This document shows, piece by piece, positions 1 to 11,299 of a stretch of 64,000 nucleotides of DNA. The DNA is from an uncultured Methanosarcinaceae archaeon (GTDB lineage: Archaea; Halobacteriota; Methanosarcinia; Methanosarcinales; Methanosarcinaceae): NCBI GenBank assembly GCA_963847185.1, contig CAWJYV010000008.1, forward strand, positions 672,001 to 736,000. The letters are read 5' to 3'. The notes under the pieces are model-generated. The model ran no database searches. It saw nothing but the letters and a program-made list of their open reading frames with translations, and had not been told where the DNA came from. The translations under genes were made by a program, and so were the position numbers. The stretch's first letter is position 1, and every line of letters begins with the position of its first letter.

Positions 1-1214
1 ATCAGGCGGGCTTCTGTTCGGTTTCTTTCTTTTCTTATCCTTTCATCAATCTCTTTATGCCTGTAGCCCTTGGGAACTCTTTCCTTAACAAGCACTTTCT
101 TTCCTTCGTGCCCTTCTTCCAGATAAACAACAGCTTCAGCTCCATTATCCAGCATTTCACCGGGAGGTCTATTCAGAAAAGCCTCAGGGGAAATCTCAGG
201 GACTTTTTTCATTTCTTCTTCTTTGATCCAGGTTACTTTTACATCGTCAGTCCTGAAACTCGGATTTACTCGGGAGTCCTCAAGGGATAGAGTATTTCCT
301 GACTTATACATGAGAAGCCCGGTATACGCGATCATGGTTCCATTGTCTCCCATAAAGCGTTTTTCAGGAACATAGAATTTTGCACCCCTGGCTTCACACA
401 TGTCGTTTAGCATCTCCCGAAGCCTTGTGTTTGCTCCTACCCCTCCTGCAAGTAACACCTCTTTTTTCCCAGTGTGGGCAAGGGCGCGTTCTGCAACTTC
501 CACGACCATTGCAAAAGCCGTTTCTTGATAAGAGTAGCAGACATCTTCAAGAGAAAACTTTTTCAGAGCTTCACTTGCAGCCGTGGAAAGCCCGGAAAAG
601 GAAAGGTCCATTCCTTTAATTACGTAAGGTAGAGGGATGTAATTCTTTGCATTCTTTGCGTATGCCTCAATCTTGGGCCCTCCGGGATGAGGCAGACCAG
701 CTCCTCGAGCGAACTTATCAAGGGCGTTCCCAAGCCCTATATCCAGGGTTTCTCCAAATACCCTGTATCTTCCTCCCATATAGGAGATGACCTGGGAATT
801 AGCCCCGCTTACGTAGAGAACAACAGGATCCTTTGCAGGTGTTCTCCAGATTCCTATTTCGATATGGGAAATGCAATGGTTGACCCCTATCAGGGGAATG
901 CCAAGGGAGAGAGAAAGCATTCTGGCTGCCGTTGCAACCGTCCTCAGGCATGGCCCAAGACCTGGCCCCTGGGAAAAAGCTATCCCATCAATATCCGAAG
1001 GTTCGACTCCTTTTTCTTTTGCCTCTGCAAGAAGTCTTTTGATCACGCTTGCTGCATATTTTGCATGGTGCTGGGCGGCTTCTCTTGGATGAATTCCGCC
1101 AGTTTCGGGTTTGTAGGTTTCCGTGACTTCGGCAATTATCTCAGTCTCGGTCACGATTGCGGCACTCAGGTTCCAGGCAGTACCTTCAATCCCAAGGATG
1201 AACGTGTTTTTCAA
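1..1214 (-). CDS. kae1: Bifunctional KEOPS t6A protein, Kae1-Bud32 fusion (runs off the window edge; absent from the ORF track)
   Basis: Manual translation from TTG at 1214, after an AAGGAG RBS: MKNTFILGIEGTAWNLSAA...FSQGPGLGPCLR...GVNHCIAHIE...GETLDIGLGNALDKFAR...MGDNGTMIA, then the Bud32-like start GAEAVVYL...VLVKERVPKGYRH. Confidence 0.95.
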   Translation of the reverse strand, partial: MKNTFILGIEGTAWNLSAAIVTETEIIAEVTETYKPETGGIHPREAAQHHAKYAASVIKRLLAEAKEKGVEPSDIDGIAFSQGPGLGPCLRTVATAARMLSLSLGIPLIGVNHCISHIEIGIWRTPAKDPVVLYVSGANSQVISYMGGRYRVFGETLDIGLGNALDKFARGAGLPHPGGPKIEAYAKNAKNYIPLPYVIKGMDLSFSGLSTAASEALKKFSLEDVCYSYQETAFAMVVEVAERALAHTGKKEVLLAGGVGANTRLREMLNDMCEARGAKFYVPEKRFMGDNGTMIAYTGLLMYKSGNTLSLEDSRVNPSFRTDDVKVTWIKEEEMKKVPEISPEAFLNRPPGEMLDNGAEAVVYLEEGHEGKKVLVKERVPKGYRHKEIDERIRKERNRTEARL

Positions 1215-1343
1215 GGCTTACGATCTCCTTCAAGTCCTTTTCCTCTGTTTGCTGTCACTGCCTTCGATAATAATGGAGAGAGCTTATATACATTTGCTTT
1301 TCTCACATCCGGAAAAAAGATCTTCCAGGTTTCGCTCAGACCT

Positions 1344-4300
1344 TTAGAAGTTTACAAGCTTTTGTATGCTTTCTTCCATGGGTTCGAGAGAGAATAAATC
1401 TTTTTTTAGCTTCTCCGTAAATTCTTCGAGAATAGTTGCAGGAATATCGAAATCCAGAGGCGGAGGAGAAAGCGGCTCAAGTTCAAGTTCCCTTTTTTCC
1501 TGCCTAACGGCACTGAACTCCGGAAGTACCAGAATGGCAAGCAAAAACAGGATGAGAGTCGCGTACTCTCTGCCATAATTTGCCCATGAGATATATTCTG
1601 CACCTGTGAAAGAAAATATCTGATTTATGACAGATACTGGCCAGGAAATAAGAGGAAGGGGCGAGGCTGCGGGATGGGAAAGCAGCAGACTGAGTAATAA
1701 AAGAAGAATAACTCCAAAGCCTGTTTTTTTGAGCAGGCTGTGTGGCTTGGCATTAAGCCACCACTCCCACCAGGCAGGCTTTAAAGGACCTGCACTAACT
1801 TTTTTAAGAAGGATTGAGGCAGATATTCTTATCTCATCTGAAGCTTTTATTTTCATGCATTCTTCAAGCTTTTCGGCGGATTTTCGGAAATAACGAGCTC
1901 TGCAGTAAAAAAGGCCAAGGAAATAAAGTGCATAAGCTTTCAGTTCATTGTCTCTCTGACAGGCGGGTGCATTCTCAAGTTTTCCTGTAGCTGCAAGCAG
2001 CATATACCTGAAACGTGCACTCCCCTCATCAAAAGATATCTCTGCATACATATACCTGGCATAAGCCTCCCAGAGCAGGAGTTTCTGGTTCTCTGTATCC
2101 AGGGCGAGAGCTCTCCTGAAAGATTCAAGAGCATCCTCACAGGCCTGTTCCTCAAGCTCTATTCTGCCTTTCAAGAATCTTGAGTATACGTTATCAGGAG
2201 CTTCAGAGATCGAAACCTCCAGTTCTCTTAACGCTCCTCTGCTGTTTCCTAATTTAAAATAAAGTTCTGCAAGCCCATTTCTGGCATGGAAATTTTTAGG
2301 GTTTAGTTCTGTTGCCTTCCTGTAGGCCCAAAGGGATTTCTTGAAATCCTCAAGCTTTGAGCAGGTAAAACCCAGAAGGCAGAAAGGTATATCAGAGTCA
2401 CTGTCCATTGCAGTATTTTCGAGGATGTATCTGGCCGTTATGAAATCCTCCATCCTGATAAGGGCAAAAGCTTTCAAGAGTGAAACCTGGGAATTTTCAG
2501 GATCAAAGGCAAGAATTCCGTCAAACACTTCCACGGCTTTTTCCCATTCTTTCAGGTGCGTGAAAACAAGGCCTTTTCCGGAACATGCAACTTTTCCGTT
2601 TGTGGAAATCTTTCTAGCACTCTCAAAAACTTTCAGGGCATCTTCGTACCTGCCAAGAGCATCCAGAGAAAAACCCTTAGCAATTCTGAGCGTTTCCATC
2701 TGGGATTTTTTCTCAGCCGAGCCCAAAGCCCAGGATTTTTCCTTTTCATTATTTTCCTTTCCATTATCTTCCTTTCCATTATCTTTCTTCCCTGGTTTTT
2801 CTGCAACTGTAGTTGCATAAATAGCCTCTTCTGCCTTTTGGAAAGTATTCAGAGCTTCTTCGAATCTTTCAAGACACATCAAAGTAATTCCTCTGTAAAT
2901 CAACGAATAAGAGTCTTCAGATTCGATTTTTATGGCATTATCAAAAGATTTCAGAGCCTCCTTATATTCTCCAAGCTTGGCAAAAGCAAGCCCTCTGTAT
3001 TTCCAGCTTTTGTTTCCGATTTTTTCTTCAGGAATTTTTCCTGATAACTCAAGGTATTTCTTAAAAGCTGTTTGAGGCTGATTGTCAAGAGACTCCTCAA
3101 AGCCCTTTTTTCGACACTTGAGTCTGGAAAGAACGACTCCCCGGTTGTAGCGAGCTGACACACTTTCATAATCAAGTGAAAGAAGCGCCTCGTAGGCTTT
3201 AAGGGCCTCACTGTACCTTCCGAGTTTACAAAATGAGTTTCCTTTTCCGTTCAAGGCAAAGGCATTTTCCGGATCAAGCATAAGAGCTTGCTTGAAAGCC
3301 TTGACGGCTTCGGAATAATCTTTAAGCTTATAGTATGCTTCTCCAAGGCCACTCATGGTACAACTATCTGCAGGCCCAAGGGAGAGAGCTTTTTCATAAG
3401 CCTGCAACGCTTCAGAATATCTTTCCATACCCAGAAGACAGCTACCTGTTCCTGACCAGCTTTCTGAACTTCCGAAATCAGATTCAAGGGCTTTTCTGAA
3501 GGAATCAAGGGATTCCTGATAATTTCCAAGAGCCAGCAGGGCTTTTCCTTTGCCTATTTCTGCTTCTATTAGAGAGTTGTCCAGTTGAAGCGCACTCTCA
3601 AAAGTCTCAAAAGCTTCTTTGTACCTGCCCAGACTTCCGAGCAATCTTCCTTTTTCGACCCTATTCATAGTGTTTCCTGACTCAAGAATAAGGCTTCTTT
3701 CAAAAGCTCCAAGAGCTTCTTCTTTTTTCCCCATACTTTCAAGGATCTTACCCTTGATTTCCCAGGCGGCTGCAGATGCAGGTCCCAGTTCAAGAGCTTT
3801 TTCACATGAGCTCAAAGCTTCTTTTCCTCTGTCAAGGGCGAGGTACGCTTTTGCCTCCCCTTCCCATGCTCCCGCATGTGAGGATTCGAGTATAAGGGTC
3901 CTTCCATAAGCCTCAAGAGCTTCCTCATTTCTCCCAAGGGTAGAAAGGGTTGCCCCCCTATGGTACCAGGCTTTCAGATTTTCTGGGTTAAGTTCGGCAG
4001 CTTTCGTAAAAGCATTAAGAGCTTCTTCACATCTCGATAACTGGTTTAAAACGAGCCCGCTGTAGAAAAGAGCACCACTATGCTCTGCGTCCCTCTCAAG
4101 TACACCCTCAAACTCTTGAAGAGCCTGTTCGGGCATATTCAGATAGCCTAATGTAAACCCTTTGAAATAACGGGTAGGAACATTGTCAGGATCAAGTTCA
4201 AGAGATTTATCAAAAGCTCCAAGAGCTTCTTCAGGATGATCCAGGTAAAGAAATATATTCCCCTTGTATTGCCATGCGATATTGTCCTCGGGGTTTACCT

Positions 4301-4421
4301 CAAGTACGGCATCAAAAGCTTCGAGTGCTTTCTCAAAGCTTTTTTCTGACCCAATTTGATTTTTTAGACTTAAAAGAGCAATGGCTTTACCGTACCAGGC
4401 TCTGGCATATAGAGAGTTCAT
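1344..4421 (-). CDS. Tetratricopeptide repeat protein with C-terminal hydrophobic segments
   Basis: Many 34-aa W..KG..L..LG...EAL..F..AL..DP repeats and two hydrophobic helices near the C-terminus. Confidence 0.9.
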   Translation of the reverse strand: MNSLYARAWYGKAIALLSLKNQIGSEKSFEKALEAFDAVLEVNPEDNIAWQYKGNIFLYLDHPEEALGAFDKSLELDPDNVPTRYFKGFTLGYLNMPEQALQEFEGVLERDAEHSGALFYSGLVLNQLSRCEEALNAFTKAAELNPENLKAWYHRGATLSTLGRNEEALEAYGRTLILESSHAGAWEGEAKAYLALDRGKEALSSCEKALELGPASAAAWEIKGKILESMGKKEEALGAFERSLILESGNTMNRVEKGRLLGSLGRYKEAFETFESALQLDNSLIEAEIGKGKALLALGNYQESLDSFRKALESDFGSSESWSGTGSCLLGMERYSEALQAYEKALSLGPADSCTMSGLGEAYYKLKDYSEAVKAFKQALMLDPENAFALNGKGNSFCKLGRYSEALKAYEALLSLDYESVSARYNRGVVLSRLKCRKKGFEESLDNQPQTAFKKYLELSGKIPEEKIGNKSWKYRGLAFAKLGEYKEALKSFDNAIKIESEDSYSLIYRGITLMCLERFEEALNTFQKAEEAIYATTVAEKPGKKDNGKEDNGKENNEKEKSWALGSAEKKSQMETLRIAKGFSLDALGRYEDALKVFESARKISTNGKVACSGKGLVFTHLKEWEKAVEVFDGILAFDPENSQVSLLKAFALIRMEDFITARYILENTAMDSDSDIPFCLLGFTCSKLEDFKKSLWAYRKATELNPKNFHARNGLAELYFKLGNSRGALRELEVSISEAPDNVYSRFLKGRIELEEQACEDALESFRRALALDTENQKLLLWEAYARYMYAEISFDEGSARFRYMLLAATGKLENAPACQRDNELKAYALYFLGLFYCRARYFRKSAEKLEECMKIKASDEIRISASILLKKVSAGPLKPAWWEWWLNAKPHSLLKKTGFGVILLLLLSLLLSHPAASPLPLISWPVSVINQIFSFTGAEYISWANYGREYATLILFLLAILVLPEFSAVRQEKRELELEPLSPPPLDFDIPATILEEFTEKLKKDLFSLEPMEESIQKLVNF

Positions 4422-5290
4422 AGGGCCTCGAAAATTTTGAGTAAAATTAGCTCATATATATGGTAGTTATTATAAATATGGGTATATGATGCCTATTATA
4501 AATAGAGGTGCAGAAAAGAATTACTGATTTACTTCTCTGACCGTTTATACGAATCTTTTGAACTCAGGAATTGTCGAATTCATTAATAAAGAGACGTCTC
4601 AATAGAAGCAAAAATTTAATGAAAAGAAATCTCAACCGAAACAAAGATCTAAGAAAAAAGTCTCAGAAGAAAAAGACTGAGGAAAAGAAATTTCGACAGA
4701 AAATAAAGATTTAAGAAAAAGAAGTCTCAGCAAAATCTTAGCATAAATAAAGACTACGAAAATAAAGGTTAGATAATACCGGTTTTACTTTTCCTTTCTT
4801 TCCGGCGGCAGTTTGAAGATCAGCCTGACATTTTTTAAAGTCAGGTTCTTTATAATTAAGGATTTTGATCCCAAACCTTTTATTCTCAGGCTTTCGATGT
4901 GAGAATCTTTTATTGTAACTATTTTTGTTCTGGTTTTTTCTTCAGACATGTTTTTCCCCTTTTCTTTCTATACTGCCTTTTCCCTGTTCCGGGATCTTAT
5001 TCATGACTAAATATAATATTCTGAAAATAAACTATTTTCCGTCCACTGATTTAAAATTGAGCATTAAGTACCAGGATTCCCTATTTTTCAGCTTTTAGAA
5101 AACTCAGGAAATTGTGAGAAATTAAATTGCGAGAAATTAAAGAAGGAATCGAACTAGAAAAGGATAAATGTGTGATAACATCTGAAGAAATCAGAGAAGT
5201 TTTCTTTTAAAAAGATGTGAGTGAAAGGAACCGCAGGGAAAGTTCTGCGGCTCAGATTGAAAAATAAATTAATTTGGTTCTTGAACCAAA

Positions 5291-5440
5291 TTATTTCTTG
5301 AATTCGGTATAGCCGCACTTTCCGCAGGCAAGGCGGTTTCTGTGGTCGGCAAGGAATATACCTGGTCCGCATCTGGGACAGAACTGTTTGAGTCTGGTTA
5401 CGGAGTCTCCCTGGACTTTGTAGTAATCTTTTACTGCCAT
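5291..5440 (-). CDS. rps27ae: 30S ribosomal protein S27ae (49 aa, below the ORF-track cutoff)
   Basis: [49 protein letters not shown], zinc ribbon, directly downstream of rps24e. Confidence 0.97.
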   Translation of the reverse strand: MAVKDYYKVQGDSVTRLKQFCPRCGPGIFLADHRNRLACGKCGYTEFKK

Positions 5441-5461
5441 GTATATGCACCTCTGTAAGGC

Positions 5462-5767
5462 TTAAGCCTCTTCTCCCTCAGGTTCTGCTCCCGGACCCGG
5501 GTTTCTTTTCAGGACGTATTCCAGTTCTACTTCTTTCATGCGGCCTGCATCTTCGTAGAGTTTGGCATAGCCCTTTCCTTCCTGCATACCGTACTCGGTT
5601 TTGATCCTCTGGATAACCAGCAGTTCAAGGGGGGCATTCAACATTGCAGCGAGTTTATTCCTGATATCATTTCTGGAAGGGGTCGAACCTTCATATTTCA
5701 CAACGAAATCCAGTTCCCTTCTGTTTAAAAGTGGATTTTTTTTGTCTTTAAGGATCTTTATGTCCAT
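5462..5767 (-). CDS. rps24e: 30S ribosomal protein S24e
   Basis: NPLLNRRE...TPSR motifs and conserved operon position. Confidence 0.97.
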   Translation of the reverse strand: MDIKILKDKKNPLLNRRELDFVVKYEGSTPSRNDIRNKLAAMLNAPLELLVIQRIKTEYGMQEGKGYAKLYEDAGRMKEVELEYVLKRNPGPGAEPEGEEA

Positions 5768-6335
5768 CTAAAATTCTCCGTATTTTATCTAATTCATAAT
5801 TCTGATTTTTGCTGACGAGCTTTTCAAACAGAGCCCTTATTTCTTCTTTTTTCTCCTCAGTGACCTTTACGAAGACCACACCTTCATCAGGCTGCCCGTA
5901 CAGAACCACAGCACCAAGGGGTGCCATCAGGATTACCGGAAGGGTTGCCAGATCCTCTTCTCCCCTTACAAAAATCCGGAGAGGCTTTTCGAAGGTAAAG
6001 GCTTCTGAAAGGGTTTTAATTAACTCATCAGTGATAATCCCTGCAGGATTGTCCACAGACACTTCATCATAGACATTATCCCTGTTCCGGGCCGAGACAT
6101 TGCTGGAAACCGGTTGCCTTTTGGTACGGTCGTCCACAATACAGATGTCCGGAGTAATCCCGGCTTCGAGCAGGTGGAAGGTAGTAACATCCCCTACGGA
6201 TATAAGTTTTGTGGGGCTTGCAAGTTCCCCTACAAACTTTTCTATGGTATCCCTACCCTTCCCCACATAGAGCTTACCCAGGGGTTTTTTCATTAGTGGG
6301 CGTAATTCTCTTGGAAGTTCAATATGAACACTCAA
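5748..6335 (-). CDS. GTP-dependent dephospho-CoA kinase (DUF359)
   Basis: VGDVTT, NPAG, GEEDL and YGQP motifs; position between spt4 and rps24e. Confidence 0.9.
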   Translation of the reverse strand: MSVHIELPRELRPLMKKPLGKLYVGKGRDTIEKFVGELASPTKLISVGDVTTFHLLEAGITPDICIVDDRTKRQPVSSNVSARNRDNVYDEVSVDNPAGIITDELIKTLSEAFTFEKPLRIFVRGEEDLATLPVILMAPLGAVVLYGQPDEGVVFVKVTEEKKEEIRALFEKLVSKNQNYELDKIRRILDGHKDP

Positions 6336-6336
6336 A

Positions 6337-6522
6337 TCAGCGCACCTTCAGAGCAAATCTATCAGGGATGTCAACCCCGAGCTTTTTTGCTATTTCTGAG
6401 CGTTCCGCATCCAAGATGATTACAAGTCCACTCCATTCTTCTGCAAGGTCCGAAGTCCCGCAAATAGGGCAATTTTGCCCTTCCAGGACCCTCATACAGT
6501 GTCTACACACTTTTTCTGCCAT
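6337..6522 (-). CDS. spt4: Transcription elongation factor Spt4 (RpoE'')
   Basis: CxxC...CPxC zinc finger and WSGLVIILD..SEIAK. Confidence 0.96.
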   Translation of the reverse strand: MAEKVCRHCMRVLEGQNCPICGTSDLAEEWSGLVIILDAERSEIAKKLGVDIPDRFALKVR

Positions 6523-6548
6523 TGCAAATCCTCTCCTATTAAGGCAGC

Positions 6549-7121
6549 TTATTCAGTATTTCCTTGAGGCTGATTCTTTTTACGGGCTTCTTCAAGCCAC
6601 TGCAATTTACCAAGAGCAGTCTGACGCATGGTAAGTCCTATTTTACTTTCTTTGGGTTCCCTTTCATTGATGCTTACAGCAACAACTCTGGCCCTTACAT
6701 GGTCTCCTTCGGCAATGGCCTTACCTCCGTTTTTCGTTACAAGCCTTGCATTCTTGGCATCGTATGAAATAAAGTCGTCAGTAATCTGGCTGACGTGAAG
6801 CAGTCCATCCATTGGTCCCATTCCTATGAAAACTCCAAAACCAACGGTTTCTACAACTTCACCTTCAATAATTTCCTGGAGCTCAGGCACAAACATAATG
6901 GCTTCGAATGTTACATCGTAATATACTGCCCCGTCTCCTACAAGGATATGCCCTTCTCCTACCTCGTCGATCTTGCAAATCGCGACAAGGGACCCCAGTT
7001 TTTTGTCAACCTGGCCCTCGAGTTTTTCTCTTAACGCGTTTTTTACAGTTGGCATCACCTCTTCCCCTAACAGGGTTGGAGGGATACGCACAGTATCAAC
7101 GAGTCTCATCATTTTATACAT
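6549..7121 (-). CDS. rpoE1: RNA polymerase subunit E' (Rpo7)
   Basis: VRIPP, GDGAVYY, S1 domain DGLLHVSQI, KIGLTMRQ. Confidence 0.97.
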   Translation of the reverse strand: MYKMMRLVDTVRIPPTLLGEEVMPTVKNALREKLEGQVDKKLGSLVAICKIDEVGEGHILVGDGAVYYDVTFEAIMFVPELQEIIEGEVVETVGFGVFIGMGPMDGLLHVSQITDDFISYDAKNARLVTKNGGKAIAEGDHVRARVVAVSINEREPKESKIGLTMRQTALGKLQWLEEARKKNQPQGNTE

Positions 7122-7181
7122 CTGCTAATCACCCGTAAACAAAATTGATTGCAACGCTGTCCGGAAAATCCGGTGGGTCTT

Positions 7182-7547
7182 TCAGGCAATGTCCAGTTTG
7201 TTTCTCTGGCGCAGGGATATGGTCTGAATCCCTGCTTCGGCAAGCCTGCGCTTCAACCCTATATCGTTTGTCAGGACAGCCGAATCCATCTCTTTTGCAA
7301 GTCTTAGAATTACGTCGTCCGCAGGGCCTGTAGCAGCTATGCGTTCGCACCTGCCCATCATGGACCTGGCAACTTTTGCGGCTATCCTGTTTGAACCTTT
7401 TTCCCGCTTTATGAGTTTTTCTATCTCGAATACTACAGCTTCAGGCACAAAGAATTCATTAAATCCCAATCTCCTCAGCTCTTCGAAAATATCCACTCCA
7501 AACTGGACAGGGATCATGAATCCATTAGTGTCGATTATAACCTTCAA
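7182..7547 (-). CDS. PIN-domain protein (Fcf1/Utp24-like)
   Basis: IIDTN...E...ADD...TND PIN acidic motifs; overlaps the eif2g stop. Confidence 0.88.
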   Translation of the reverse strand: MKVIIDTNGFMIPVQFGVDIFEELRRLGFNEFFVPEAVVFEIEKLIKREKGSNRIAAKVARSMMGRCERIAATGPADDVILRLAKEMDSAVLTNDIGLKRRLAEAGIQTISLRQRNKLDIA

Positions 7548-8770
7548 CTCTTAATTACCCCTACCCCAATGAGCCTCCAGCGAGAGTCAATTCTCCTGCT
7601 GATAGCAACTCTTGACCCGACAGCCGCACTTACAGGACGCTTCAATGCCACTTGTGCTTCATTTTTCCTGGCACTTGTGACAACTCCTACAGTAGTAGCA
7701 GTGCCTATGTTGAGCATAAGAGGTTCACTGGTCTTGATTTCGTTGATCTTTTCTTCTCTTGTAACTCCTACGACCCTGTCGAGCAGGTGTAATTCCATAA
7801 CAAACTGGTGTCTGGTCTCAGGAAGGGTACCTGGTTTTCCTGCCATCTGTCCCGTCAAAGAGTCACCTTTTGTCAGGGTAGGGTCAAGATAAGTTCCTAC
7901 AGCCAGAAGGCCTCCTGGAGTTGCTTCTTCTACTTTTGTCGCGCCTGCAAAGATAGACGAAACCGTTGTAAGAATGGGAATCCACCTAGTAGTGCCTTCG
8001 GTTGTGACCTTAATTCCTGGCCTTATTTCTAGTTCATCACCAGGATGAAGCAGGCCTTCTGTAAGAGTGCCTCCAATAACTCCTCCACGGATCTCCTCAA
8101 TTGAAGCACCTGGTTTATTGATATCAAAAGACCTGGCAATCAGCATACTTGCAGGTTTATCCACTTTGTGGACAGGAGTAGGGATCTGGGTTTCAAGAGC
8201 ATCTATTAAGACATCAATGTTAATGTTCTGCTGGGCAGAAATCGGGATAATAGGTGCGTCTTCTGCAACCGTGCCTTTGACAAACTCCTTTATCTGATGG
8301 TAATTCTCGATGATTTGTTCTTTTGATGCAAGGTCAATTTTATTCTGGACTATTACAATATTTTTAATTCCAATTATGTCCAGGGCCATCAGATGTTCTT
8401 TTGTCTGGGGCTGTGGGCAGTCTTCATTTGCGGCAATTACCAGTACCGCTCCGTCCATAATTGCGGCTCCTGAGAGCATGGTTGCCATCAGGGTTTCGTG
8501 CCCTGGAGCGTCTACGAAAGACACTGTTCTATGCTCTTCGGTCTGTTCTCCACAGTTAGGGCAGGTCTTTTCCACAGTATAACACTGAGGTGTAGGGCAT
8601 CTGGGGCATTTCATAAATGGAACGTCTGCATACCCCAGTCTGATAGAAATTCCTCTTTTTACTTCTTCACTATGCGTATCTGTCCACACGCCAGATAGGG
8701 CTTTAACAAGTGTGGTTTTTCCATGGTCGACATGACCTACCATGCCGATATTAACACAAGGCTGACTCAA
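7544..8770 (-). CDS. eif2g: Translation initiation factor aIF2 gamma subunit
   Basis: [23 protein letters not shown] and QNKID motifs plus a Zn ribbon; TTG start after GGAGG. Confidence 0.98.
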   Translation of the reverse strand: MSQPCVNIGMVGHVDHGKTTLVKALSGVWTDTHSEEVKRGISIRLGYADVPFMKCPRCPTPQCYTVEKTCPNCGEQTEEHRTVSFVDAPGHETLMATMLSGAAIMDGAVLVIAANEDCPQPQTKEHLMALDIIGIKNIVIVQNKIDLASKEQIIENYHQIKEFVKGTVAEDAPIIPISAQQNINIDVLIDALETQIPTPVHKVDKPASMLIARSFDINKPGASIEEIRGGVIGGTLTEGLLHPGDELEIRPGIKVTTEGTTRWIPILTTVSSIFAGATKVEEATPGGLLAVGTYLDPTLTKGDSLTGQMAGKPGTLPETRHQFVMELHLLDRVVGVTREEKINEIKTSEPLMLNIGTATTVGVVTSARKNEAQVALKRPVSAAVGSRVAISRRIDSRWRLIGVGVIKS

Positions 8771-9146
8771 GTTGTAATTTCCTCCAGTAAAGTGAAGCTA
8801 ATCCGATAGAAGGCAGATGTTTATCCGTAAATCCGTAGTATAAAGAATTTGTATTGCTTTTTTCAGCGAATCCGCAGCTTCCAACCCTAAACTCATCTGA
8901 TCCGCAATTTGAACTGCAAATTAGAAGTTAAAGTGAGATTTTTGCTGGATGCGGGCTTTAAAATAAGCCCTGAATCCTTCCCCGGCCCATAAGTAAATTA
9001 TGGATTTCCGTACTCGGAAACCCGGGCAAGTTATATCATAAATTATTTTTATCGAAGCTTGAATCTTGCAGATTCCGGCGATACTTTTAAAGTTTACGGT
9101 ATCCTATATAATTCATATCTACTAATGCCGGAAAGCCTTAATAAAT

Positions 9147-10310
9147 TTATGTGACGATCATATCGAGCTTCTCAAGTTCCAGGGCACGCCGGATCTCAAA
9201 GGCGAGCCTTCTTCCAGTGCTCATTGGCCTTCTCCAGAGAGAGTTGCCGTAAGAGTGCCCGACTGACATGTGGACATTAGTTCCGCCACCTACTCTTGGG
9301 GCCACATCATAAATATAGAAGTTCAGATCCTTATCCACACAGGTCTGAAGGCAGAAAGGTCCTATAATCCCTGGAGCGTAATGTTCTTGCGTAGCTTTCA
9401 CATACTTTTCCCCCATCTCAAAGACCTTCTCGAGAAGAGACTCACGAAGCGTTGCAGAGTTATGCCCGCAGACCGTGTATTCAGGCGTTAACTGGTGCTC
9501 TGCCAGGGCCATCTGCTGGGGAGCAGGAAGCCTTACGTGCCCATCAAGACTGGTCTCAAAGCGCCAATCCACACCAAGAAGTTCCAGTTTGCTCATTTTC
9601 GGTTCGATTGGAGAATAGAACATATCAAGGTTAAACACAGGACCTATGATATAACGTTCTATCCTGGCACTTTCAAGGGCTTCTCGCGTAATAACTCCCT
9701 GTTTTATGAGCGCTTCAGATTTCTCCTGGTATTCTCTATAGCTTGAAGCGGTGAAAAATCCTCTTTCCAGCTTCTTTACCGCATGCGGGAGTTTGACCAT
9801 TACCAGTTCATTAATATCCTTCGGAGATTCTATTTTTTCCGGAAAAGGAAGGCCTGCTTTTTCCAGAATCCAGTAATAACTCTGCTGTTCGCTTCTTTCC
9901 TCACTTCTGAGAAGGTTTCTGCTTCCTACAAGAGGTACCCTGAAGTTTTCTTCGATCTCATCTATGCTGCAGTAGGAGGTAAAAGAGCGGTTAGGAATAA
10001 AGAGCACATTCTCATCAACCAGTTTTTTCTGGTTCTGAGGCAGGAGGATTTCATTATATTTATTAAAAATAACGGTTTCGTCAACAATCCCCCGTTTTAT
10101 TCTCCCGTAAGGGTCTCTTTGGGCCCTGAAATATTCGCTGTAAGTCTTTTCCCGGCCAGCCTGACAGATTGCAAGTGTCCTGAACTCTTCTTCAACTGCT
10201 CCATCACATATATCAAGCCCTGAGTGAGAGGCTATAGTTCCTACTTTTATCTTATCAGCATGTGTATAGTAATCTTCAACAATTTCCTTAATTTCTGTCC
10301 TGTCAATCAT
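9147..10310 (-). CDS. purP: PurP-family ATP-grasp formate--AICAR ligase-like protein
   Basis: GTIASHSGL, PNRSF, ERGFF, GPFCLQ, DVAPRVGGGT and MSTGRR motifs; may be a PurP paralogue; alternative start at 10316. Confidence 0.8.
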   Translation of the reverse strand: MIDRTEIKEIVEDYYTHADKIKVGTIASHSGLDICDGAVEEEFRTLAICQAGREKTYSEYFRAQRDPYGRIKRGIVDETVIFNKYNEILLPQNQKKLVDENVLFIPNRSFTSYCSIDEIEENFRVPLVGSRNLLRSEERSEQQSYYWILEKAGLPFPEKIESPKDINELVMVKLPHAVKKLERGFFTASSYREYQEKSEALIKQGVITREALESARIERYIIGPVFNLDMFYSPIEPKMSKLELLGVDWRFETSLDGHVRLPAPQQMALAEHQLTPEYTVCGHNSATLRESLLEKVFEMGEKYVKATQEHYAPGIIGPFCLQTCVDKDLNFYIYDVAPRVGGGTNVHMSVGHSYGNSLWRRPMSTGRRLAFEIRRALELEKLDMIVT

Positions 10311-10603
10311 ATACAATATCCTCGAATTTAGAAAAATTTCCTTTAATGAGTGATGATAATTATGAGTTTCGAAACCTGAGATTCAAACGGAGATATTCCG
10401 AAATACAAACCTAGAGAACACTGCAGGTTCTATGAGATGGAAGCTATGATAGGATTTTTTCACATAAACAGCTTTACCTATTAAAACCCTTTCTAATAGA
10501 AATAATCATTTATATAATAGAGGACAGATCAGAGAGGGTATATATAATAAGGCAGGTAGGTCAGAGAAGAGATTATGCTTCTCTTCCTGAGCTCTCCAGG
10601 CTT

Positions 10604-11230
10604 TTAAGTCCCGGATACAAGGCTGAGTATAAGAGGCGTAATAAAGGTCTCAATTACTGCTGCGAAGAAAAGAAGAGGCACAATCCAGTGGAAATAAAAA
10701 ATGAGCCCTTCTTTAAACTCTCTTTTAATCTCCGTCGGCATGCCAAAAAAGGAGGAAAAAACCTGATGCCCGAGCCGGAGTCCGATACCTGCAGATAGAA
10801 AAACCATAGGCAACTCCACAATTCCATGAGGAAGAAGGGCAAGAAAAATATATAGCATGCCTTTTTGCTGCGCTACGATATTTGAGACCACTCCTACAAG
10901 ATATCCGTTGAAAGCAATAAGTATCAATGGAATAATTCCCAGAACCAGCCCGAGTACAAGAGAAATCAGGCATACAAAAGCGTTATTAAGAAAGATTGTA
11001 AGCATTATTTCAAGCGGCCCTTTTTCAAGTAGTGGCCCGAAGCGGGAACTGAAACTCTTCATAAGATTATTAGCGAGATCGGGGAAGCTTTCCACAGAGA
11101 TATAACCCGCAAGGAAAGACCCGATAAATATAAAGGTTATAATAAAGGCATAAGGCCAGATAAAGCGCAAGTATCCGGTAAACCCGGCTTTTTTTGAGTG
11201 CTGTAAATTATAATCTCCTTCTCTTCCCAT
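10604..11230 (-). CDS. SpoIIM-family (DUF95) membrane protein
   Basis: IFLNN, NG, LLPHGIVE and AAVIE motifs; multiple TM segments. Confidence 0.88.
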   Translation of the reverse strand: MGREGDYNLQHSKKAGFTGYLRFIWPYAFIITFIFIGSFLAGYISVESFPDLANNLMKSFSSRFGPLLEKGPLEIMLTIFLNNAFVCLISLVLGLVLGIIPLILIAFNGYLVGVVSNIVAQQKGMLYIFLALLPHGIVELPMVFLSAGIGLRLGHQVFSSFFGMPTEIKREFKEGLIFYFHWIVPLLFFAAVIETFITPLILSLVSGT

Positions 11231-11299
11231 ACTTATCCCCCATATATAATAATATAAATTAATTTAATTAAAACCTCGTTTTCTATAAATTCGAACGAT

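Noticed and set aside
57-1397. Plus-strand ORFs of 77, 79 and 236 aa
   Set aside because: Antisense shadows of kae1-bud32, which the track missed because it runs off the window edge
5154-5450. 98-aa minus-strand ORF
   Set aside because: Wrong frame; the real gene is the 49-aa rps27ae
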